Sequence record: MH243438.1
Reading direction: 5' to 3' (one strand)
DNA length: 64,000 nt
From: Escherichia phage vB_EcoM_NBG1
Each line of letters begins with the position of its first letter. Positions within the stretch are counted from its first letter, which is position 1. Shown here one piece after another: positions 56,201-64,000 of the stretch. The translations under genes and the position numbers were made by a program. The notes beneath the pieces are model-generated. The model was not told where the DNA came from and ran no database searches. It worked only from the letters and a program-made list of their open reading frames with translations.

Positions 56201-56299
56201 TTCTCTAGATTTAGAGATTTGGTTGAACAACGGTTAATCGATAATGTAGGAAATCCAAGAGACCCCGTGAATCCACCACAGGTTAAATTAGATGAATGA
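53201..56299 (+). CDS. 7: Baseplate wedge protein gp7
   Basis: 1032 aa, same length as T4 gp7; 4-nt overlap with gene 6. Confidence 0.85.
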   Translation: MTVKAPAVTSLRISKLSANQVQIRWDDVGANFYYFVEIAETKTADGEIIPPASYRWINLGYTPNSNWFESSLDPLTSYIIRVSTAAEGFERSDWVYTEIFESFQTNAYTFQHMIEMQLANTFIREKFTNNNMAYVDFNNDTIMAALMNESFQFSPAYADISSIKNFIIGENEYHEIQGSIQQVCHDINRVYLMESEGILYLFERYQPVVKVSNDKGQTWKSVKLFNDRVGYPVSRTVYYQTDYTTYVLGYDKLFYGRKSTDVRWSADDVRFSSQDITFAKIGDQLNLGFDVEIFGNYASLPANVSRIAEAIVCNDDYVYVAARDKVRFIKTSNAPIDSDPLSPTYSERLFEQETFNITGNPKAVCYKMDSVGGKIFALIIGEVVNLNDDPRTTPIVDSADKGVYVLDHDAGTFKRVFGNTEEERRRIEPGYTSMSTDGVELSISSSNFKFLESDIVDDPKTQIKYGLIGAVKYEYPREWLADKHYHMMAFISTEDSQWESFTPQPMEYYAEPFFSYSRKSGTRCWINNSDKAVVIYSDLLYTKVIENHPLSSSDREVHEYWKDGDCTIVMPNVDFTGFKKYASGMIFYKSSGEIISYYDFSYRVRDNVSIIWKPTNIFLTASLQNQEKDTTWTPVEENGIADPDLRPLLTTMMPESYLLDNTNFEAFCEAYIQYLSDGYGTHYNNLLNLIKNQYPREEHAWEYLWSEIYKRNIYLNAEKRDLVSRFFESRSYDFYSTKGTEASYKFLFKVLYNEDVEIEIESSSGTEYDIIIESDSLTEDLVGQTIYTATGRCNVTYIERSYSKGKLQWTVTIHNLLGRLIQGQEVKAERLPGFEGEIVRGIKGKELSQNNIDYINRGRAYYVMKIKSKLPSSRWKSDVLRFVHPVGFGFIAITLLTMFINTGLTLKHVETIINKYKNYKWDSGLPTKYADRVAKLDPQGNVEFDPITGKAIYEIGPMAGQDYPLPEDYNAENNNSIFQGQLPSERRKLMSPLFDASGTTFSRFRDLVEQRLIDNVGNPRDPVNPPQVKLDE

Positions 56300-57296
56300 T
56301 TCAAGTGTTATCTATCGTGCAATAGTTACATCAAAATTTAGAACAGAGAAAATGCTGAATTTTTATAATTCAGTTGGGGATGGAGATGATAAGAACTCCA
56401 TTTATATTACGTTTGGACGTTCAGAGCCTTGGGCGTCAAATGAAAATGAGGTGGGCTTCGCCCCACCTTATCCTACAGATTCTGTTCTTGGTGTTACTGA
56501 TATGTGGACCCATATGATGGGTACCGTTAAAGTTTTACCTTCAATGTTAGATTCTGTTATTCCTAGACGTGATTGGGGAGATGTGCGATATCCAGACCCT
56601 TACACGTTTAGAATTAACGATATAGTCGCATGTAATACTGCTCCGTACAACGCGACAGAAGTTGGAGCTGGTTGGTTAATTTACCGTTGTTTAGATGTCC
56701 CTGACGTAGGGCTCTGTTCAATAGAATCTTTAGATAATAAAGATGAATGTCTTAAATTAGGTGGTAAATGGACCCCGTCTGTTCGTTCTATGTCTCCTCC
56801 TGAAGGCAGAGGCGATGCTAATGGGGTTATCGAAACCGGTGATGGATATATTTGGGAATACCTTTATGAGATTCCTGCCGATGTGTCAATTAACCGTTGC
56901 ACTAACGAATATCTTGTAGTTCCATGGCCGGAAGAAATTAAAGAAGACCCCACCCGTTGGGGATATGAAAATAACTTAACTTGGCAACAAGATGACTACG
57001 GTTTGATTTACCGTGTTAAAGCTAATACGATGCGGTTTAAAGCATATTTTGATTCTGTTTATTTCCCTGAGGCAGCTTTGCCTGGTAACAAGGGTTTTAG
57101 ACAGATATCAATTATCGCAAACCCGTTAGAAGCTAAGAAAAATCCAAATGACCCTAATGTTAAAGCAGAAAAGGATTATTACGACCCTAGAGACCTGCAA
57201 CGTCATTCCGGTGAAATGATTTATATGGAAAACCGACCACCTGTTATTATGGCAATGGACCAAACAGAAGAAATTAACATTTTGTTTATGTTTTAA
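56292..57296 (+). CDS. 8: Baseplate wedge protein gp8
   Basis: 334 aa, same length as T4 gp8. Confidence 0.85.
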   Translation: MNDSSVIYRAIVTSKFRTEKMLNFYNSVGDGDDKNSIYITFGRSEPWASNENEVGFAPPYPTDSVLGVTDMWTHMMGTVKVLPSMLDSVIPRRDWGDVRYPDPYTFRINDIVACNTAPYNATEVGAGWLIYRCLDVPDVGLCSIESLDNKDECLKLGGKWTPSVRSMSPPEGRGDANGVIETGDGYIWEYLYEIPADVSINRCTNEYLVVPWPEEIKEDPTRWGYENNLTWQQDDYGLIYRVKANTMRFKAYFDSVYFPEAALPGNKGFRQISIIANPLEAKKNPNDPNVKAEKDYYDPRDLQRHSGEMIYMENRPPVIMAMDQTEEINILFMF

Positions 57297-57299
57297 TTA

Positions 57300-57324
57300 G
57301 GGAGCCTTCGGGCTCCCATTTTTG
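57300..57324 (+). terminator. Rho-independent terminator after gene 8
   Basis: GGGAGCC-TTCG-GGCTCCC followed by ATTTTTG. Confidence 0.65.
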
Positions 57325-57328
57325 TATC

Positions 57329-57336
57329 TATAAATA
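57329..57336 (+). promoter_or_regulatory. Late promoter TATAAATA for gene 9
   Basis: Exact octamer 33 nt upstream of gene 9 ATG. Confidence 0.6.
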
Positions 57337-57368
57337 GAATATAATATCGGACAACAAAAGGCAGAATT

Positions 57369-58241
57369 ATGGCATTTTTTAAGCAAACTCCTAAACAATT
57401 AATCGATACCGGCGAAATTGGTAATGCCTCAACAGGTGATATCTTATTCGACGGTGGTAATAAAATAAATGACGATATCAACGCTATTTACAATGCATTT
57501 GGCGATCAACGTAAAATGGCCGTAGCAGATGGAACCGGACCTACAGGTCAAACTATTCATGCCACAGGTTATTATCAAAAAGGAAAGGCGGTCGATTATC
57601 AAACTCCTATTAAACCAGGCACTATGCATGATATTGATGCTTCTGATGGTGGTGTGATTGTTATTATTGACCGTCCTGAATTAGGTGACTCTGTAGAATT
57701 CATAAACTCTAATGGGTCTATTTCTGTTAACAATCCTTTAAGTATCCAAGTAACCGATGGTTCGATTAAAGGTGTTCTTAATAATCTTGTTATTTCAACC
57801 CCTTATACCCATGTTGTTCTTCGTTGTGTTGAACTTAATGGGCCAACTTCAGTATGGAATTATTCTACTGATAGCATGTTTGGGCAGAAAGAATCTCCTG
57901 TCGATGGGACTTGGAGTCTTACAGGAAACACAGTTTCTATTCCTCTGTTTTATCGCACAGATTATAACATGGCTAAATTGCTTGTTACATGCCAATCCGC
58001 TGACGGTAGAAAAATAAAAACATGCGAAATAAATATTCTAATAGATACAATTAACTCAGAAGTTCTTTCTACCGAATTTGCAGTAATGCGAGTTGGTAAT
58101 GTAGATGAAACAGACGAGATTGCTAATATTAGCTTTAGTATTATTAACAACTTTGCTACTATGACGATTACATCCGATATTATTGGATTACGTTCAGCAG
58201 TTAAAATTATCTCAACTCAGAAAATTGGGGTCGCTCAATAA
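57369..58241 (+). CDS. 9: Baseplate wedge/long tail fibre socket gp9
   Basis: 290 aa; position and size. Confidence 0.8.
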   Translation: MAFFKQTPKQLIDTGEIGNASTGDILFDGGNKINDDINAIYNAFGDQRKMAVADGTGPTGQTIHATGYYQKGKAVDYQTPIKPGTMHDIDASDGGVIVIIDRPELGDSVEFINSNGSISVNNPLSIQVTDGSIKGVLNNLVISTPYTHVVLRCVELNGPTSVWNYSTDSMFGQKESPVDGTWSLTGNTVSIPLFYRTDYNMAKLLVTCQSADGRKIKTCEINILIDTINSEVLSTEFAVMRVGNVDETDEIANISFSIINNFATMTITSDIIGLRSAVKIISTQKIGVAQ

Positions 58242-60046
58242 TGAAACAAAATATTAAAATTGGTAACGTCGTTGATGACGGACAAGGCGATTACCTTCGT
58301 CGAGGTGGTGAAAAAATAAATGAGAACTTTGACGAAATCTATTATGAATTAGGTGATGGTGAAGTTCCTTACGCCGCTGGTGCGTGGAAGACTTATGATG
58401 CGGCTGATGGTCTTAATCTTAAGGCCGCTTGGGGTAAATCTTATGCAATTAATACTACTTCTGGACGAGTTTCGGTAAATCTTCCTAAAGGGACAATTGC
58501 AGACTATAATAAAGTTATTCGTGCTCGTGACGTATTTGCAACTTGGAACATTAACCCTGTTACTTTAATTCCGGCAAACGGAGACACGATTAAAGGTTCT
58601 TCATCTCCGGTAGAAATTAACGTTCAGTTCTCTGATTTAGAATTAGTTTATTGTGCTCCTGGACGTTGGGAATACATCAAGAACAAACAAATTGATAAAA
58701 TAGTTAGCTCTGACATTAGTAATGTTGCTCGTAGAGAATATCTGGTTGAAACCCAAGGTCAGACCGATTTCATGGATGTTTTTAATGGAACCTCTTATAA
58801 CGTTAACAACATTCGCGTAAAACATCGTGGCAACGAATTGTATTATGGTGATGTATTCAGTGATAATAGTGATTTTGGTTCTCCAGGCGCTAATCCTGGT
58901 GAACTGGTTGCACTCGATGGATTTAATATTAGATTACGCCAACCATGTAATGTTGGCGACACTGTACAAATTGAGACATTCCTAGACGGTGTTTCTCAGT
59001 GGCGTAGTTCATATACTCGTCGCCAAGTTCGCATTTTAGATAGTAAATTGACTGCTAAAAAGTCTATTGACGGAAGTATTTACGTCACTGATTTGAGTAC
59101 ATTCAGGTCTATTCCATTTACAGCATTTGGTATTAATCCTACGGAACCACCTAACCCGAATTCATTAGAAGTTCGCTTCAATGGTATTCTCCAAGAATTA
59201 GCTGGTACTGTTGGAACTCCTATTTTCCGTTGTGAAGGTGTGGATGCTGATTCTGAAGAGTCATGCGCTAATCTCGGTGGGACATGGACTCAATCGTATA
59301 CAGATTATGCGATTGAATATACTGATAATATCCCTAGCGCAATTCTGTTTGACCGTCAATTTGAAGACCAAGACATTATTACCATCACATGGTTTAATAA
59401 CGATTTAGGAACTCTTCTTGAAATGGAAGAAATCCTTGATGCCACTGACGAGAAATATGTTTCTCAAGGGTCTAACATTGAAATTACTGGCGATGTTGCA
59501 TTAACCGATTTTGATAAAATCGGCTGGCCTAATGTAGAACCTGTTCCTACATATGAACGTGAATTCTCGACTATCTCAGCAATATTTGACACAATTTATC
59601 CTGTTGGGACTATTTACGAAAATGCGGTTAACCCTAATAATCCAGCCACTTATTTAGGTTTTGGTTCGTGGAAAATTTGGGGACAAGGCAAAGTATTAGC
59701 AGGTTGGAATGATGACGCGTCGGATCCTAATTTTGCATTAAATAATAATGACCTTGACATCAATGGTAACCCTACTCATACCGCAGGTGGTACCGTTGGT
59801 GTAACAACCATCACATTAGAAAATGCTGATTTACCAGCTACACAAACCGATGAAAAGGTTCTTATTTCTGATGATAATGGTACAGTAATTATAGGCGGTT
59901 GCCAATATGACCCGGATGAAGAAGGTCCTATTTACACTAAATATCGTGAAGACCATGCAAAGACTAATGGATCTCATGTTCCAGCGCGTTCTATAACTAA
60001 TATTCAGCCATCTATAACTGTATACCGTTGGGTAAGGATTGCATAA
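58241..60046 (+). CDS. 10: Baseplate wedge protein gp10
   Basis: 601 aa; position and size. Confidence 0.8.
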   Translation: MKQNIKIGNVVDDGQGDYLRRGGEKINENFDEIYYELGDGEVPYAAGAWKTYDAADGLNLKAAWGKSYAINTTSGRVSVNLPKGTIADYNKVIRARDVFATWNINPVTLIPANGDTIKGSSSPVEINVQFSDLELVYCAPGRWEYIKNKQIDKIVSSDISNVARREYLVETQGQTDFMDVFNGTSYNVNNIRVKHRGNELYYGDVFSDNSDFGSPGANPGELVALDGFNIRLRQPCNVGDTVQIETFLDGVSQWRSSYTRRQVRILDSKLTAKKSIDGSIYVTDLSTFRSIPFTAFGINPTEPPNPNSLEVRFNGILQELAGTVGTPIFRCEGVDADSEESCANLGGTWTQSYTDYAIEYTDNIPSAILFDRQFEDQDIITITWFNNDLGTLLEMEEILDATDEKYVSQGSNIEITGDVALTDFDKIGWPNVEPVPTYEREFSTISAIFDTIYPVGTIYENAVNPNNPATYLGFGSWKIWGQGKVLAGWNDDASDPNFALNNNDLDINGNPTHTAGGTVGVTTITLENADLPATQTDEKVLISDDNGTVIIGGCQYDPDEEGPIYTKYREDHAKTNGSHVPARSITNIQPSITVYRWVRIA

Positions 60047-60705
60047 TGACTGTACTTAATACAAAGGCGGGAGTTATTTCCCGTCATGCTGATTTTTTGA
60101 ATTACAGAAAAAATCCAGATCAAATTGATGTTTTAAACAACCAAGCTGTAGGTTCCGTGACTATTTCTCAGTTAGCTCGCGGTTTTTATGATGCTAACGT
60201 AGAATCTGCAATAAATGATGTCCATAATATGGCACGAGCTGATATTGGTACTGTTGTCACAAACACTTCAGGCATATCGCCTGAAGGTACAGCACAAGTT
60301 GATTATTGGACTTTTTCTGGTGATGTTCTCGACGATACTTTGGCCCCTGGAACGCCGGTCGTTATTAACGTATTTGGACTTGCGGTTAAAGCAACAATCG
60401 GTATGACTGATAACGAATTAACGGCACAAGTTCGTATAGCTTTACAAGAAGCCATTGCTAATCAAATCGCTATTTCTTCTTATAAAGACCATCCGTCCGA
60501 AGGTAATAAACTTCAGGTGACATATTTAGATAACCAACGTCATGTGTTGCCAACATATGCTTCGTTTGGTGTAACAATTTCGCAAGAAATTTTGTCTGAA
60601 GCAAAATCCGGATACGGAACATGGAATTTATTGGGTGCCCAAACGGTTACTCTTGATAACCATAATACTCCTACCGTTTTCTACCACTTTGTGAGAGCCT
60701 CATGA
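60046..60705 (+). CDS. 11: Baseplate wedge/short tail fibre connector gp11
   Basis: [22 protein letters not shown]... 219 aa from internal Met; matches T4 gp11. Confidence 0.85.
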   Translation: MTVLNTKAGVISRHADFLNYRKNPDQIDVLNNQAVGSVTISQLARGFYDANVESAINDVHNMARADIGTVVTNTSGISPEGTAQVDYWTFSGDVLDDTLAPGTPVVINVFGLAVKATIGMTDNELTAQVRIALQEAIANQIAISSYKDHPSEGNKLQVTYLDNQRHVLPTYASFGVTISQEILSEAKSGYGTWNLLGAQTVTLDNHNTPTVFYHFVRAS

Positions 60706-62285
60706 GTAATAACAATACATACCAACACGTTTCAAACGAATCCATTTACGTTGAATTCGACCCTACGGGGTCGAATTTTCCAGATACAGTCACTAATGTC
60801 CAAGCCGCATTAGCTGCTATTTCTCCTTCAGGTGTTAATGGTGTACCGGAAGCAACAACTACTACACCAGGAATTATTCAAATAGCTACTCCACAAGAAG
60901 TTATTGATGGATTAGATAATAGTAAAGCTGTTACTCCGGCATCACTGAATGCTCGTCTACAATATCCTAATGCAACCGAAACTCAATATGGCTTAACTCG
61001 TTATGCTACTGAAGATGAAGCAGTAACAGGAACTATTGACGATGCATCAATTACTCCGCTTAAATTGAATCAAAAAATAGACGATGTATTTCAGACAAAA
61101 GTGTCAACAGAAGCAACAAATGGTGTAATTAAAATTTCAACTTCTGCTGCGGCATTAGCTGGTTCTGATGATACAACGGCAATGACCCCGTTAAAAACAC
61201 AACAATTAGCAATTAAACTTATTTCACAAATTGCTCCAAATAATAGTGACGCCACCGAATCTATTACCGGTGTTGTTCGTTTGGCTACAGTTGCTCAAGC
61301 ACAACAAGGCACCCTGCGTGAAGGCTATGCAATTTCACCTTATACCTTTATGAATTCAGTAGCATCAGAAACTAATAAAGGTGTCGTTAAACTAGGGACA
61401 CAGACTGAAGTAAATAGTAACAACTCTTCAGTTGTAGTGACCGGCGCAACATTAAACGGACGTGGTGCTACAACTTCTTTACGTGGAGTTGTTCGTTTAA
61501 CTACACAAGCGGGTAGCCAATCAGGTGGTGATGGTTCTTCTGCCCTTGCTTGGAATGCTGATGTTATCCACCAACGAGGCGGACAAACTATTAATGGCAC
61601 GCTTCGCATTAATAATACGTTGACGGTTGGTTCTGGTGGCGCTAATATAACGGGTAATGTCAATATGACCGGTGGTTATATTCAAGGCAATCGTATTGTG
61701 ACTCAAAATGAATTAGACCGAATTCTTCCAGTTGGCGCTATTACAATGTGGGCTGCAGATAGTTTACCGAGTTCTGACTGGCGCTTCTGTCACGGTGGGA
61801 CCGTTTCTGCTTCAGAATGTCCGGTATATGCTTCCAGAATTGGGACACGATATGGCGGTAGTTCTTCTAACCCAGGCTTGCCTGATATGCGTGGATTATT
61901 TGTTCGTGGCTCAGGTCGTGGCTCTCACTTAACAAATCCAAATGTTAATGGTAATGACCAGTTTGGTAAGCCTAGATTAGGTGTAGGTTGTACTGGTGGA
62001 TATGTTGGTGAAGTACAGAAACAACAGATGTCTTATCATAAACACGCTGGCGGATTTGGTGAGCATGATGATTCTGGAGCATTTGGTAATACCCGTAGAT
62101 CAAATTTTGTTGGTACACGTAAAGGACTTGACTGGGATAACCGTTCATACTTCACCAATGACGGATACGAAATTGACCCGGCATCACAACGAAATTCCAA
62201 ATATACATTAAATCGTCCTGAATTAATTGGAAATGAAACACGTCCATGGAACATTTCTTTAAACTATATTATTAAGGTAAAATAA
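60702..62285 (+). CDS. 12: Short tail fibre gp12
   Basis: 527 aa, same length as T4 gp12. Confidence 0.85.
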   Translation: MSNNNTYQHVSNESIYVEFDPTGSNFPDTVTNVQAALAAISPSGVNGVPEATTTTPGIIQIATPQEVIDGLDNSKAVTPASLNARLQYPNATETQYGLTRYATEDEAVTGTIDDASITPLKLNQKIDDVFQTKVSTEATNGVIKISTSAAALAGSDDTTAMTPLKTQQLAIKLISQIAPNNSDATESITGVVRLATVAQAQQGTLREGYAISPYTFMNSVASETNKGVVKLGTQTEVNSNNSSVVVTGATLNGRGATTSLRGVVRLTTQAGSQSGGDGSSALAWNADVIHQRGGQTINGTLRINNTLTVGSGGANITGNVNMTGGYIQGNRIVTQNELDRILPVGAITMWAADSLPSSDWRFCHGGTVSASECPVYASRIGTRYGGSSSNPGLPDMRGLFVRGSGRGSHLTNPNVNGNDQFGKPRLGVGCTGGYVGEVQKQQMSYHKHAGGFGEHDDSGAFGNTRRSNFVGTRKGLDWDNRSYFTNDGYEIDPASQRNSKYTLNRPELIGNETRPWNISLNYIIKVK

Positions 62286-63733
62286 TGACTGATATAACTC
62301 TGGTAGATTTACCATATGTTGACGGTCCGCCAGACGCGGGTCAGAGTCGTATTGAATGGATTAAAAACGATGAAGAAATAACAGGCGCTGACACAAAATA
62401 CGGTTCTGAAGGTGTAATGAACCGTCCTATTGTTGAAGTTCAACGTAACGTAGAAGCGTTAGATGTTAATATTAAAACTATAGCATCTTCTTTGAATACG
62501 GCCAATGAAGATATCAAAGTTATTCAAGGTATTTTAGATGTTTCTGGGGATGTTGATGCTCTTGCACAGATAGGTCAGAACACCCAAGATATCGATGTCA
62601 TTAAAGTCACAGTTCAAACCCATGCTAGTGAATTGAATGATTTGAATGAACATATTGATGCGAATACTGATGATATTGGTGTTTATAATCAGGAAACAGA
62701 TTCAGTTTATAGAACGGTTCGTAACGACCTGCTTTGGATTAAAAATGAATTAGGACAATATACTGGTCAAGATATTAATGGGGTTCCTACTCCAGGAAAT
62801 GATAGCACTGGTATGAAACGCCGTATTATGACTAATAGCTCCGTAATTGTTGACCATGGCGTTCGATTAACTGATTTAGAAACTAAATTTGCTGATTCTG
62901 ATGTTGGCTCTTTAACTATTGAAGTCGAACACTTGCGCGAAGAAATGGGGCCTCGTACTTCTTTCACTACCCCGGTGTTTAGTCGTCTTTCCAGTATTGA
63001 TTTAACTTTGTCGCGTCAAAATGCTGACTTGGATGGCATTAAACAGTCTATTGGGTATCCTAATACGACTTCTATTATTACTACCACTAATGCAAATAGT
63101 TCAGCAATAAATGACATTAATCTTGAGCTCAATCAATCAGGTGGTATTAAACCTCGTTTGACTACGGTAGAAACTGCCATTGGCGCTGATGATTTGCCTA
63201 CTACAATCCAAGGACGTATTAAACTCAATACTGATGCTATCGGAGCATTGAACACTGTTGTCGGCTCTGATTCTTCGTCAGGACTGCGTTTTAATGTGTC
63301 ATGGTTAAATAACGTAGTCGGTGTTGACGCTTCAGGTGGGAAACCGGAACCAGACGGCTCTTTGCTTTATCGTACTCGAGAGCTTGAAGGAACTATCAGT
63401 GGGATGAGTAATGACATTCAGAACATTCAAACTGATGTTGGGACTAATAGCACAGGAATTAAGGGTTCTGTAAACACATTAAATACTCTTATAAATGGCA
63501 CCAACCCAAATGGTTCGACTGTTGAAGAACGCGGTATATTGCCTACAGTTAAAAGTCATGATACGACAATTAATGGTTTAACTTCTAGAATTGCTACTCT
63601 TGAAACTGATTTGGCCGCTGCAGAAGCTGAAATCCAAACTCTTAAGGAAGCTGGATATATTGAAGATGCTCCTTCAGACGGTAAATTCTATGTTCGCAAA
63701 GATGGTGCATGGGTTGAACTTCCTACAGCTTAA
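62285..63733 (+). CDS. wac: Fibritin (whisker) wac
   Basis: 482 aa coiled-coil-rich; ends ...GYIEDAPSDGKFYVRKDGAWVELPTA (foldon-like). Confidence 0.85.
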   Translation: MTDITLVDLPYVDGPPDAGQSRIEWIKNDEEITGADTKYGSEGVMNRPIVEVQRNVEALDVNIKTIASSLNTANEDIKVIQGILDVSGDVDALAQIGQNTQDIDVIKVTVQTHASELNDLNEHIDANTDDIGVYNQETDSVYRTVRNDLLWIKNELGQYTGQDINGVPTPGNDSTGMKRRIMTNSSVIVDHGVRLTDLETKFADSDVGSLTIEVEHLREEMGPRTSFTTPVFSRLSSIDLTLSRQNADLDGIKQSIGYPNTTSIITTTNANSSAINDINLELNQSGGIKPRLTTVETAIGADDLPTTIQGRIKLNTDAIGALNTVVGSDSSSGLRFNVSWLNNVVGVDASGGKPEPDGSLLYRTRELEGTISGMSNDIQNIQTDVGTNSTGIKGSVNTLNTLINGTNPNGSTVEERGILPTVKSHDTTINGLTSRIATLETDLAAAEAEIQTLKEAGYIEDAPSDGKFYVRKDGAWVELPTA

Positions 63734-63739
63734 TGAAAA

Positions 63740-63753
63740 GGGCCTTCGGGCCC
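63740..63753 (+). other. Stable stem-loop (UUCG tetraloop) after wac
   Basis: GGGCC-TTCG-GGCCC; no clear U-tract. Confidence 0.4.
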
Positions 63754-63765
63754 TAAAGGATTTAT

Positions 63766-64000
63766 ATGTCAGGTTATAATGCACAAAACCCTAAAGAATT
63801 AAAGGACGTAATATTACGTCGTTTAGGCGCTCCTATTGTAAATGTTGAATTAACTACAGACCAAATTTATGATTGTATTTCACGAGCGTTAGAACTTTAT
63901 GGCGAATACCATTTTGACGGGTTGAATAAAGGTTTCCATGTATTTTTTGTTGATGACGAAGAAAAATACCGTCACGGCGTATTTGATATGCGTGGTTCTA
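63766..64000 (+). CDS. 13: Neck protein gp13, N-terminal part (continues beyond window)
   Basis: [57 protein letters not shown]... matches T4 gp13 N-terminus. Confidence 0.85.
   Translation, partial: MSGYNAQNPKELKDVILRRLGAPIVNVELTTDQIYDCISRALELYGEYHFDGLNKGFHVFFVDDEEKYRHGVFDMRGS

Noticed and set aside
48436-62254. Short antisense/out-of-frame track ORFs inside the baseplate genes (e.g. 49492-49680, 52665-52931, 54409-54591, 61340-61663)
   Set aside because: Embedded in long, well-matched structural genes on the opposite strand or in an alternate frame; no initiation signals.

Overview
This window is a contiguous segment of a T4-like (T-even type) myovirus genome, colinear with the T4 map from gene 43 to gene 13. 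Bases 1-7700 (minus strand) carry the replication/recombination core: DNA polymerase gp43 N-terminus, regA, clamp loader 62/44, clamp 45, rpbA, and the 46/47 nuclease. Bases 7700-48050 (minus strand) are an early-gene accessory region containing gp55, nrdH/nrdG/nrdD, endonuclease VII (49), nrdC, rI, tk, regB, a GrcA-like glycyl-radical protein, denV, lysozyme e, nudE, two tRNAs, internal-protein genes, 57B/57A and genes 1, 3, 2, 4, interleaved with many small hypothetical ORFs. Bases 48099-64000 (plus strand) are the late baseplate/tail-fibre operon: 53, 5, 5.1, 5.4, 6, 7, 8, 9, 10, 11, 12, wac and the start of 13. The accessory region is punctuated by repeated early-promoter/stem-loop cassettes, hairpin terminators and late promoters (TATAAATA). 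The most interesting unexplained content is: a family of small membrane proteins sharing a C-terminal FIxECR tail; three tandem small proteins sharing a C-terminal GxWVSSSxxC motif; a nucleotidyltransferase-fold protein next to a membrane protein; three tandem ~320-aa coiled-coil proteins; and 22-bp direct repeats flanking a one-gene insertion beside nrdC. All protein identifications are from reading the translations against remembered T4 proteins and motifs; no database search was run. Motif coordinates were read by eye and may be off by 1-2 bp (a few block-sized misreads were caught and corrected against ORF-track anchors).
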